Part shown: piece by piece, positions 39,598-47,705 of the stretch
How the letters are laid out: each line of letters starts with the position of its first letter
How positions within the stretch are numbered: position 1 is the stretch's first letter
From: an uncultured Desulfarculus sp.
GTDB lineage: Bacteria; Desulfobacterota; Desulfarculia; Desulfarculales; Desulfarculaceae
Reading direction: 5' to 3'
DNA: 64,000 nucleotides
NCBI GenBank assembly: GCA_963665125.2
Contig: CAXXUK010000001.1
Coordinates: forward strand, 448,001-512,000
The notes under the pieces: generated by a model
What the model saw: the letters and a program-made list of their open reading frames with translations, nothing else
Databases searched by the model: none
What the model was told of the DNA's origin: nothing
Made by a program: the position numbers and the translations under genes

Positions 39598-40304
39598 GAC
39601 GTTTTATCCGTAACATGACAGCGCTGTCGGCCTTGCTGATGGTGCTGGCCGGCTGCGCCGCCGTCAGGTCCGAACCGGACCTGGCCAAGGGAGACACCTG
39701 GCAGCCCGCCACCGTGGCCGTACTGCCCTTCGAGGCCGTGGAGGCCAAGGAGGCCGGTTCTGGCTATGCCGTGGGGCCGCTGACCGGTTCTCTCTACACC
39801 TCAGGGCCTATCATACCCGGCGCGGCGTCGGCGTTGAATTCTGCCCTGGAATCGCAGATCAAAGCCAGCACCAACCTGCAACTTATCGACAGCGCCATAG
39901 CCGCCGACGCCTGGCGTGATTTCTCGGGCCGGGGCGTCAAGGTTCCCGGTTTGGCCGATGTGGCCGCCGTGGGCCGCACTTTGGGCGTGGACGCCGTTTT
40001 CGTGGGTTTTGTCTACCGCTTTGAACAGCGCCAGGGCACGGCGGCGGCCGCGGAAAACCCGGCTGCTGCGACCTTCAACCTGATGCTCGTGCGTTCATCC
40101 GATGCCCGCATCGTGTTCAAGGGCGTGTTCGACGAGCGGCAACAGGCCCTGAGCCAAAATCTTCTCAACCTGGGCCAATACATGCGACACGGCCTGCAGT
40201 GGTACACCGTGGAACAACTGGGCCGGGTGGGCATGGAACAGGTCTTCGAGACGTTCCCCTGGCCCAAAGAGTCACCATCGGCAGCAACCAACCAGGAGCA
40301 ATAA
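39594..40304 (+). CDS. Lipoprotein, hypothetical (CsgG/LpoB-like alpha/beta fold possible)
   Basis: Lipobox LAGC, VAVLPF, LGVDAV; overlaps hisB stop. Confidence 0.7.
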   Translation: MRRFIRNMTALSALLMVLAGCAAVRSEPDLAKGDTWQPATVAVLPFEAVEAKEAGSGYAVGPLTGSLYTSGPIIPGAASALNSALESQIKASTNLQLIDSAIAADAWRDFSGRGVKVPGLADVAAVGRTLGVDAVFVGFVYRFEQRQGTAAAAENPAAATFNLMLVRSSDARIVFKGVFDERQQALSQNLLNLGQYMRHGLQWYTVEQLGRVGMEQVFETFPWPKESPSAATNQEQ

Positions 40305-40305
40305 C

Positions 40306-41028
40306 ATGGAAGCCATACCGGCCGTTGACCTCAAGGGCGGCCGTTGCGTGCGTCTGCGCCAGGGGCGCATGGACGACGAAACGATATTTTCCGACGATCC
40401 CGTGGCCATGGCCCGCCGCTGGCAGGACGTGGGCGCCGGGCGTCTGCACGTGGTTGACCTCGACGGCGCGATCCAGGGCGTCCCGGCCAATGCGAATGTG
40501 ATCAAGGCCATCTGCGCCGAATTGGACATCCCGGTGCAGCTCGGCGGCGGAGTGCGCGACCTGGACGGACTGGCCGCGGCCCTGGATCTGGGCGTGGACA
40601 GGGTCATCCTGGGCACCATGGCCGCCAAGGAGCCCGAAACGGCCCTGGAGGCCGCCCGGCGTTTTCCCGGCCGGGTGGTCATCGGCATCGACGCCCGTGA
40701 CGGCAAGGTGGCCATCGCCGGGTGGACCGAAACCAGCGAGCTGGATTTTCTGGAGGCCGGACGCCGCTTTGACGCCGAGGGCGTGGCGGCCATAGTCTTC
40801 ACAGACATCTCCCGGGACGGCATGCACTCCGGGCCCAACTTGGAGTCCACGGCCAAGCTGTGCCAGGCCGTCAGCGTGCCGGTCATCGCCGCCGGAGGCG
40901 TTCACGACATCGACGATGTAAAACGCATGCTGGCAATGGAACACCTCGGCCTGGCTGGCTTCATCACCGGCAGGGCCATCTATGAGGGCACCCTGGACCT
41001 GGCTGAAGCGCTCAAACTCTGCAAATAG
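40306..41028 (+). CDS. hisA: ProFAR isomerase
   Basis: IPAVDLKGGRCVRLRQG, LHVVDLDGA, QLGGGVR, TDISRDGM. Confidence 0.97.
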   Translation: MEAIPAVDLKGGRCVRLRQGRMDDETIFSDDPVAMARRWQDVGAGRLHVVDLDGAIQGVPANANVIKAICAELDIPVQLGGGVRDLDGLAAALDLGVDRVILGTMAAKEPETALEAARRFPGRVVIGIDARDGKVAIAGWTETSELDFLEAGRRFDAEGVAAIVFTDISRDGMHSGPNLESTAKLCQAVSVPVIAAGGVHDIDDVKRMLAMEHLGLAGFITGRAIYEGTLDLAEALKLCK

Positions 41029-41044
41029 TCTTAATGCAGGCATC

Positions 41045-41083
41045 AGGGCCCGTTTCTTGTCTTCACGAGAAACGGGCCCTTTT
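41045..41083 (+). terminator. Intrinsic terminator after hisA
   Basis: agggcccgtttct...agaaacgggccct followed by ttt. Confidence 0.7.
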
Positions 41084-41258
41084 ATACCCCACAATTATTT
41101 GACAGCAGCCCAGCCAACTCATAAAAATCCCCAATCCAACCACCACCTCTTTATGGGCTTATTGCGTTGGATTGCCAACTAGTTCAGAATAAATTGAACA
41201 AGCATGTTTGCCGCATGTCATTGATGGTTAAAAAACCTGATCGTTGCGTGGAGCACCC

Positions 41259-42872
41259 ATGGATAAGAAAAGCTGGTCCCTGAGAGGCAAGATAGTACTA
41301 CTGGGCATTTGTCTGCCGACAGTGCTGGTGGTGATCCTGATGAACTCGTACGTCAGCCAATCGGTGGACAAGACCAGGGAAAACTTTGTCAACAAGGCCA
41401 GGGCCATATGCCTGACCACCGAATCCATCCGTGATGAGATGGAAAACAAGTGGAGCAAAGGCATCTTTTCCAAGGACCAAATCCGGGCATATGCCAATGA
41501 AGGCAAAATGGACAAGGTTCTGGCGATGGTGCCGGTGGTGTCGGCCTGGTCGGCGGCCATGCGCAAGGCCAAAGAGGGCGGCTATGAATTCAAGGTGCCC
41601 AAGTTCCAGCCGCGAAACTCTAAAAACGAACCTGATGCCGTGGAAGCCCGGGCCCTGAAGGCCATCAAGGACGGCGATCTGAAGGAGTACCACGAGGTTG
41701 ACCCGCAGATCAACGCGGTCCGCTACTTTTTACCGGTGCGCCTCAGCGCCACCTGCCTGATGTGTCACGGCGACCCGGCAACCTCGAAAGAACTCTGGGG
41801 CAATAACCAGGGGCTCGATCCCTCGGGCGGCAAAATGGAAGACTGGAAAGAGGGCGAGGTGCACGGCGCCTTTGAGGTTATCCAGTACTTGGACGCCGCC
41901 GACAAGGAACTGAAGGAATCGATTGTATCCGCCGGCTGGCTTGCCGGGGTCGGCCTTGTGGTCATGGGTGTGGTCTTTGCCCTGTTGGCCATCAGGCTGG
42001 TCTCCAATTCGGTGATCAAGCCCATCCGCCGCATCATCAGTGATATTTCCGAAGGGTCCCATAACCTGAACCTGGCCTCGTCGCAGGTATCCAGATCAAG
42101 CACGACCCTGGCCGAAGGATCGGCCAGTCAGGCGGCCAGTCTGGAAGAAAGCTCCGCCGCCCTGGAAGAGGTGACGTCCATGACCAGGGCCAATGCCGAA
42201 AGCGTCAACGATACCAGCAAGGTGGCCCATGAGGTGCGGAGGGCCCTGGAAGATGCCGAAAACAGCATGGAAGGCCTTTACAAGGCCATCGAAATGATCA
42301 AAAAGTCGGCCGAACAGACGGCGGTTATCATCAAGAGCATCCAGGAGATTTCCTTCCAGACCAATCTGCTTTCCCTAAACGCCGCGGTGGAGGCTGCTCG
42401 GGCCGGAGAGGCCGGCGCTGGATTCGCCGTGGTGGCCGAAGAGGTCCGTTCCCTGGCCACCAGGGCCGCCGAGGCAGCCACGAACACCACGACCTTGATC
42501 GAATCGTCCCAACAAAACGCCGATCGGGGCTTCAACGCCGTGACCGAGGTCAGGGATATCCTTGGCCAGATAGTCGGTGGCGTAGCCGAGGTCAGCAGGT
42601 TGGCCGATCAGATCGCCACGGCCAGCTCAGAGCAGGCCGAGGGAGTCAACCAGGTCAACATCGCCGTCAGCGAAGTGGACCGGGTTACCCAAGACAATGC
42701 GGCCGTGTCCGAGGAGGTGGCCTCGTCAAGCGAGTCGCTGTATTCCGAGGCGGTGAAAATGGACAGTCTGGTGGTTCAGCTTACGGATATCGTCGGCCAA
42801 GGTGTGACAACATCAGAAGATTCCGGCGGGGAAAAGAAAAAGATCTTGGGTTTGTTGCCCCGGCGCAAGTAG
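41259..42872 (+). CDS. Methyl-accepting chemotaxis protein with periplasmic c-type heme (DUF3365-like) sensor
   Basis: PRN..NEPD, RYFLPV...CLMCHG, W.EGEVHGAF; MCP signalling hairpin. Confidence 0.88.
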   Translation: MDKKSWSLRGKIVLLGICLPTVLVVILMNSYVSQSVDKTRENFVNKARAICLTTESIRDEMENKWSKGIFSKDQIRAYANEGKMDKVLAMVPVVSAWSAAMRKAKEGGYEFKVPKFQPRNSKNEPDAVEARALKAIKDGDLKEYHEVDPQINAVRYFLPVRLSATCLMCHGDPATSKELWGNNQGLDPSGGKMEDWKEGEVHGAFEVIQYLDAADKELKESIVSAGWLAGVGLVVMGVVFALLAIRLVSNSVIKPIRRIISDISEGSHNLNLASSQVSRSSTTLAEGSASQAASLEESSAALEEVTSMTRANAESVNDTSKVAHEVRRALEDAENSMEGLYKAIEMIKKSAEQTAVIIKSIQEISFQTNLLSLNAAVEAARAGEAGAGFAVVAEEVRSLATRAAEAATNTTTLIESSQQNADRGFNAVTEVRDILGQIVGGVAEVSRLADQIATASSEQAEGVNQVNIAVSEVDRVTQDNAAVSEEVASSSESLYSEAVKMDSLVVQLTDIVGQGVTTSEDSGGEKKKILGLLPRRK

Positions 42873-42905
42873 AACAACAAACAAATCCTGGTCGGGTAAA
42901 TGAAT

Positions 42906-42938
42906 AAGGCCGCTCCTAAACCGGGGCGGCCTTTTATT
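42906..42938. terminator. Terminator between convergent MCP and lepB
   Basis: aaggccgctcc-taaacc-ggggcggcctt followed by T-rich tail. Confidence 0.65.
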
Positions 42939-42955
42939 TATGCCGAATTGAGCCG

Positions 42956-43669
42956 TCAGTCGATGGACTTGAGCACGCGGTCCCAGCGGACGCCCCAGCC
43001 GTCGTTGTTCCACGACCAGTAGATGATGAACGCCCGGCCCAGGATGTCCTCCCTGGGGACGAAGCCGCCCCTGCCGTTGAACCAGCAGCGGGAATCCCGG
43101 GAGTTGTCCCGGTTGTCGCCCATGACGAAATAATGGCCATCGGGCACCTTGGTCGGGCCGAAGCGGTATTGCTTGGGGCAGCCGGGATCGGGCAGGCCGC
43201 CGATGTGGTTGCCCCATTTGTCTTCTATCTGCTTGCCGTCAATGAAGATGTCCTTGCCCCGTATTTCCACGGTCTCGCCGGGCAGGCCGATGATGCGCTT
43301 GATGAAGTCGATGCTGCGGTCCTCGGGAAACCGGAAGACGATGACATCGCCACGCTCGGGATCGGAAATGGGAATCGACACCTCGGGCCATGGCAGCTTG
43401 ATGAAAGAATCCGGGCCCATGCCGAAGGGGATGTGCAGTTCTCCGGGCAACACACCGATATCATAGGAAGACTTGCTGACCAGCAGGTGATCGCCGATCA
43501 ACAGGGTTGGGATCATCGATCCGGAAGGAATCTTGAAGGCCTGGACGCCCCATGTCCTGATGACGAACGCCAGGAGCAAGGCCCATAAGAGTGCTTCAAG
43601 GTATTCTATGACAACGGGTTTTTTCTTTTTGGTCTTTTTTTCGCCGTGGGCCAGCGAGCCAAACAGCAT
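42956..43669 (-). CDS. lepB: Signal peptidase I
   Basis: IPSGSMIPTL, FIKRIIGLPG, MGDNRDNSRDSR. Confidence 0.95.
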   Translation of the reverse strand: MLFGSLAHGEKKTKKKKPVVIEYLEALLWALLLAFVIRTWGVQAFKIPSGSMIPTLLIGDHLLVSKSSYDIGVLPGELHIPFGMGPDSFIKLPWPEVSIPISDPERGDVIVFRFPEDRSIDFIKRIIGLPGETVEIRGKDIFIDGKQIEDKWGNHIGGLPDPGCPKQYRFGPTKVPDGHYFVMGDNRDNSRDSRCWFNGRGGFVPREDILGRAFIIYWSWNNDGWGVRWDRVLKSID

Positions 43670-43808
43670 GTACAACTCCAAGTCAAGGGCATGAATTAGG
43701 GAGTGGACCGCAACAGGCATCCGCAACAGTTTGGAAATACAACCGCTGCAAAGAATAACCAGGCAAGGGGCCGATGTAAATCAGTTTTTCACCTGACACG
43801 CCGGGTTG

Positions 43809-44741
43809 TCAGAAAAGCCCCACGGTTTTTCCCAGGAACAAAATAAAAATCAGCAGCAGCAACACGCCGGAGTGACGGCTGACTCGTCCAGTATGGGACA
43901 TGACGAAAAACAGCAGCGTGGCCGCCAGCATGAACGGCAGACCCACATGGTTCACCACATCGCTGGAGGGCAGGGGCTTGACCAGGGCCGGCAGGCCTGT
44001 CACCAAAAACGAATTGCAGATGTTGGAACCCACCACGTTGCCAACGGCCAGGTCGAAATATTGTTTTTTCGCAGCGGTCAGGGAAACCACCAGCTCGGGC
44101 AGGCTGGAGCCCACGGCCACCACCGTCAACGCCAGCAGCGAGGTGTCGGCCAGACCCAACAGCACCGTGAGTTCGGTCACGGCCTTGACGGTGTATTCGG
44201 CGCCAAAGTAAACCGCGGCGCCGCCCAGCACCAGCCACAGAATCACAATGGGCCGGAATTTGCCCTGGGGCTCCTGATCCGAGGCCGCCTGCTGTCTCAG
44301 GGTTTGGCTGAGGTAGATGCCATACATTGCGATGAGAATTATGCCTTCGCCCATGGAAACGCTGCCGTCCATGAGCATGAGGCTCAGCACCATGGCCGAG
44401 GCCACCAGCACCGGCAGGTCCAGCCTTTTCATCTGACCGCTGACGGAAAAGCCCTTGAAGGCCAAGGCCGCCGCGCCCATGATGAAACAGATGTTGGCCA
44501 CATTGGAGCCCACCACCGTGCCGGCGACGAATTCGCCTTCGCCGGTGAACACCGAGGCCAGGGCTGCGGCCAACTCGGGCAGGCTGGTGCCCAGGGCCAC
44601 CAAGGACACGCCGATGATGATCTCTGGCACGCCCAGGGTGCGGGCCAGGCCCGAGGCCTGTTCCACAAAGATATCAGCGCCTTTTAACAGCACGGCCAGA
44701 CTTGCGGCCAATACGGCGAACCATAACAGAAGCTCTGACAA
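43809..44741 (-). CDS. Ca2+/Na+ antiporter (CaCA, YrbG-like)
   Basis: Two alpha repeats GTSLPE...GSNVAN and GSSLPE...GSNICN; start approximate (TTG). Confidence 0.88.
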   Translation of the reverse strand: MSELLLWFAVLAASLAVLLKGADIFVEQASGLARTLGVPEIIIGVSLVALGTSLPELAAALASVFTGEGEFVAGTVVGSNVANICFIMGAAALAFKGFSVSGQMKRLDLPVLVASAMVLSLMLMDGSVSMGEGIILIAMYGIYLSQTLRQQAASDQEPQGKFRPIVILWLVLGGAAVYFGAEYTVKAVTELTVLLGLADTSLLALTVVAVGSSLPELVVSLTAAKKQYFDLAVGNVVGSNICNSFLVTGLPALVKPLPSSDVVNHVGLPFMLAATLLFFVMSHTGRVSRHSGVLLLLIFILFLGKTVGLF

Positions 44742-44887
44742 GATAGTTATGCCTTTGCCAAGAGGTGGAGGCCAATCACGGCGGGCGCTTTGCCCTATCC
44801 GGCTGAGCCAGTATAGCAGACCGCCGCCAAGTGGGCCAAACATTGCCCCTATATGCATGGATGGTAGACCCCACACAAAAAAGGGGG

Positions 44888-44917
44888 TTGACAATTTTGC
44901 CTTACGGCAGCAAAATT
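44888..44917 (+). promoter_or_regulatory. Sigma70-like promoter with overlapping inverted repeat, upstream of the peptide ORF
   Basis: TTGACA-17 nt-CAAAAT; perfect IR aattttgc-N9-gcaaaatt (44893-44917). Confidence 0.55.
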
Positions 44918-44968
44918 TTCTTAATACAAACCGCCCCAAGAAGGGGCCATAACCCGGGAGACGCGAGA

Positions 44969-45031
44969 ATGAAGATCAAGAAGATCGTCCGCACCCAGCG
45001 TGGGCTCTGCAAGTGCAAGAGCTCCTGCTAG
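44969..45031 (+). CDS. Putative RiPP precursor peptide MKIKKIVRTQRGLCKCKSSC (20 aa)
   Basis: GGGAG RBS, basic N-half and Cys/Ser C-half, followed by a terminator and a radical SAM/SPASM gene. Confidence 0.7.
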   Translation: MKIKKIVRTQRGLCKCKSSC

Positions 45032-45052
45032 CCTCTTAACGTAGGCAGCAAC

Positions 45053-45090
45053 AAAGGGGAGGCCGCGAAGAGCCTCCCCTTTCTTATTTT
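45053..45090 (+). terminator. Intrinsic terminator/attenuator after the peptide ORF
   Basis: aaaggggaggc-cgcgaaga-gcctccccttt followed by cttatttt. Confidence 0.75.
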
Positions 45091-45101
45091 GGAAGTCTGT
45101 T

Positions 45102-45431
45102 TTGCAATATCGCGAGCTGATCTGTGGCCGCATGTGCCGCTATTTTAAACCGGAAAAACACGAAGACCCAGGCTGCGGCGGAGTGGAATGGCTCAAGCCG
45201 CGGACAGGGCTGGATGCGGCATTGTCCGCCTTGCAGGCAAGGCCGTCTGATATGCTGCATGGTCTGGACCCGAACGACCCCCGTTTGTGGGTCGTGTGCA
45301 ACTCCTGCGAATTCCGCATTGACGGCTGCGACTTCCGGGATCCGGAGGTGGCGCCGGAGGACTGCGAGCCTTGCGGCGGCCTGCGGGCCGTAGCCGGGCT
45401 GCTGGCGGCCCGGGTTGATGTAGGCCTTTAG
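45102..45431 (+). CDS. Small 8-Cys protein associated with the radical SAM gene
   Basis: CGRMC..CGG..CNSC..C..CEPCGG; stop 2 nt before the rSAM ATG; start (TTG) uncertain. Confidence 0.7.
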   Translation: MQYRELICGRMCRYFKPEKHEDPGCGGVEWLKPRTGLDAALSALQARPSDMLHGLDPNDPRLWVVCNSCEFRIDGCDFRDPEVAPEDCEPCGGLRAVAGLLAARVDVGL

Positions 45432-45433
45432 CC

Positions 45434-46597
45434 ATGATCGACCAAGCCAAGTTCATAAAAATGGCCGATCACGTTGGCCTGCGCCTGTTGGAAACGCCGT
45501 GCCTCTACGACCGCCGGGCCGACGAACTGTATGAATTAAACGACGAAGGCCTGGAGGGGCTTGAGCGTTGCAACGGGGCCATGACCGTGGCCCAGGCTGC
45601 CCTGGAGCCCGAGTTCTTGCAGGACTGCCTGGACGAAGGCCTGTTGGTGCTGCTTGATGAACCTCAGCCCCAAACCATATCCCTGAGCCAGAGCCCCGTC
45701 CCCAGCCTGAGGTACCTGGAGGTCCAGATCACCTGGCGCTGCAACTTGGCCTGCCGCCACTGCTATCTGGGCAAGGCCAGGGCCGAGGACATGGCTCCGG
45801 ATGATTTCAGGTCGGTTGTGGAGGAGTTCGAGGCCATGGGCGGCCTGCGGCTAATGGTCAGCGGCGGCGAACCCCTGGCCCATCCCCAATGGCCGGAAAT
45901 AAACGCCGTCCTTGACGGCTTGCCCGTGCGGCGGGCTCTGCTCAGCAACGGCGGACTATTAACGTCGGAGATTCTAGGGCAACTGAATTTCGACGAGGTG
46001 CAGATCAGCATCGACGGTCTGCAAAAGGGCCATGACATGCTGCGGGGCAAGGGCTCGTTTGAGCGCGCCGTCGCCGCCGCCCATCTGGTCCGCACTTCTG
46101 GTCTGGACCTGTCCATAGCCACCATGGCCCACAGCGGCAACCTGGACGAGATGGGCGACATGGAAGAGCTTGTGCGCTCCCTTGATGCCATCGAATGGGG
46201 CATAGACGCGCCGGTGATATCCGGCCGCCTCAGCGACAACCCTGATCTGGCCGTCACCCCGGACCAGGCCGTCCAGGCCATGGCCCGCGCCTATGGCGGG
46301 GCCTTTCACGGCGGCTCCGACGGCATGGCCTGCGGGCTGCATCTGTGCACCGTGGCCGCCGACGGCAAGGTCGCCCAATGCGGTTTCTATTTTGACGATC
46401 CCCTGGGCGTCGCCTCCGAGGGCCTGCGGGTCTGCTGGCAGCGCCGCCAACCCCTGGCCCTTGCCGACATCGCCGGCTGCCGCGACTGCGACGTGGCCGA
46501 CGACTGCGGCGGCGGCTGCCGCTTCCGGGCCGCCGACAGGCTCTCGCCCGATCCGGTGATGTGCGCCGCCATGGGCAAGGAGTTGGAACAGGGCTGA
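45434..46597 (+). CDS. Radical SAM/SPASM peptide maturase with N-terminal RRE/PqqD-like domain
   Basis: LYDRRADELYELN (RRE-like), CNLACRHC, SGGEPL, SPASM C-x10-G-x4-C...CRDC-x5-CGGGC...C. Confidence 0.9.
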   Translation: MIDQAKFIKMADHVGLRLLETPCLYDRRADELYELNDEGLEGLERCNGAMTVAQAALEPEFLQDCLDEGLLVLLDEPQPQTISLSQSPVPSLRYLEVQITWRCNLACRHCYLGKARAEDMAPDDFRSVVEEFEAMGGLRLMVSGGEPLAHPQWPEINAVLDGLPVRRALLSNGGLLTSEILGQLNFDEVQISIDGLQKGHDMLRGKGSFERAVAAAHLVRTSGLDLSIATMAHSGNLDEMGDMEELVRSLDAIEWGIDAPVISGRLSDNPDLAVTPDQAVQAMARAYGGAFHGGSDGMACGLHLCTVAADGKVAQCGFYFDDPLGVASEGLRVCWQRRQPLALADIAGCRDCDVADDCGGGCRFRAADRLSPDPVMCAAMGKELEQG

Positions 46598-46610
46598 TTC
46601 GCTGTATTTG

Positions 46611-46925
46611 GGAAACTTTTTTGAAAAAAAGTTTCCCAAACCCTTCAAAAAACTTTGCCGCTTATTGTCAGCCGGCTTTGCCGCCAGCCAATAAGCGGGC
46701 ATGGGTTTTCCAAAGGGTGGGGTGATTTGAATCAGGTTTTATGATGAGCCTTTGCTTTACGGTTTGGCTTGTTTTGCCCCAGGCAAAACAGGCCAAACAC
46801 AAAGTGGCAAAAGCGTGGCGTAATTGAAAAGATGACGCAAAAACCGCGCAAGCGGGTTTTGCGCGAAGTTTTTTGGGATGGGGGTCCGGGGGAAGGCCTT
46901 TTTTTCAAAAAAGGCCTTCCCCCGG
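46611..46925. repeat. Inverted pair of REP-like palindromes enclosing further hairpins
   Basis: gggaaacttttttgaaaaaaagtttccc...aaaaaactt and aagtttttt...ggggaaggcc-T7-c-A6-ggccttcccc. Confidence 0.7.
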
Positions 46926-46947
46926 CAGCATCGCAAACGGAGCGAAA

Positions 46948-47286
46948 ATGGGCTACAAAGCTGTTTTTCATGTGGACTTGTTCGAGGACAAGTACATCAA
47001 CATCGCCGAGGCCAACATCAACAACTTCCACAAGGCCGTTGACAATGCCAAGGCCGTGCTGTTGTTCAACGGGCCGGGCGCCCAGTTTTGCCGGGCCGAT
47101 CACGGCGCCACGGTGAATCTGTCTTCCTTGCTTGAGTCTGGCGTGCGGGTATGCGTGTGCAACAACGCCCTGAAGGCCAACGAGATAGAGCCCGATGAAC
47201 TGACCCCGGGCGTGGAGATCGTTCCCGCCGGAGTGGTGGAGCTTGTTGATCTGCAAAACGAGGGCTGGGCCTATATCAAACCATAG
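46948..47286 (+). CDS. DsrE-family protein
   Basis: AVFHVD, LFNGPG, VCNNAL, VPAGVVELVDLQNEGWAYIKP. Confidence 0.85.
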   Translation: MGYKAVFHVDLFEDKYINIAEANINNFHKAVDNAKAVLLFNGPGAQFCRADHGATVNLSSLLESGVRVCVCNNALKANEIEPDELTPGVEIVPAGVVELVDLQNEGWAYIKP

Positions 47287-47303
47287 AAACCAGGGGGAGC
47301 GAG

Positions 47304-47699
47304 ATGGCGAAAAAGATATTTGATTTGGGCGGCAGGGCCGTACGCGAGGGCGGCGAGACCGTGTTGGGACTCAAGGACCTGAACACCCATGCCTGCTACA
47401 TGCTAATGGGCGTGATCCAGCCTGGTGAGGGGCCGCGCATATTCAAGCCCGGTGTGGGCCATGAGGAGATCATTTGCGTGATCGGCGGGTCTTTGGAGAT
47501 GGTTTGCGGGGATGTAAAAATGACCCTGCAAGCGGGTCAGGCCGTGTATCTGGTCGGCGAGGAGACCTGGCAGGGGACGGCCCCCGGTCCTTTGGAGGCC
47601 AAATACATCGCCGCCGGAGGCCACAGCCCCGGCGACGAGCATCATCACCATCATCATGGGCATCACCACCACGGTCATGATGACCATGGACATCAATGA
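47304..47699 (+). CDS. Cupin-domain protein with His-rich C-terminal tail
   Basis: GHEEIICVIGGSL, LQAGQAVY; tail EHHHHHHGHHHHGHDDHGHQ. Confidence 0.75.
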   Translation: MAKKIFDLGGRAVREGGETVLGLKDLNTHACYMLMGVIQPGEGPRIFKPGVGHEEIICVIGGSLEMVCGDVKMTLQAGQAVYLVGEETWQGTAPGPLEAKYIAAGGHSPGDEHHHHHHGHHHHGHDDHGHQ

Positions 47700-47705
47700 T
47701 CTGTC

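Noticed and set aside
44831..44968. 66-aa extended version of the peptide ORF
   Set aside because: The upstream part spans the promoter and lacks an RBS; the ATG at 44969 has a GGGAG RBS.
45029..45100. Pyrrolysine read-through of the peptide's TAG
   Set aside because: The stop is followed by a terminator, the extension looks non-coding, and no pyl genes are in the window.
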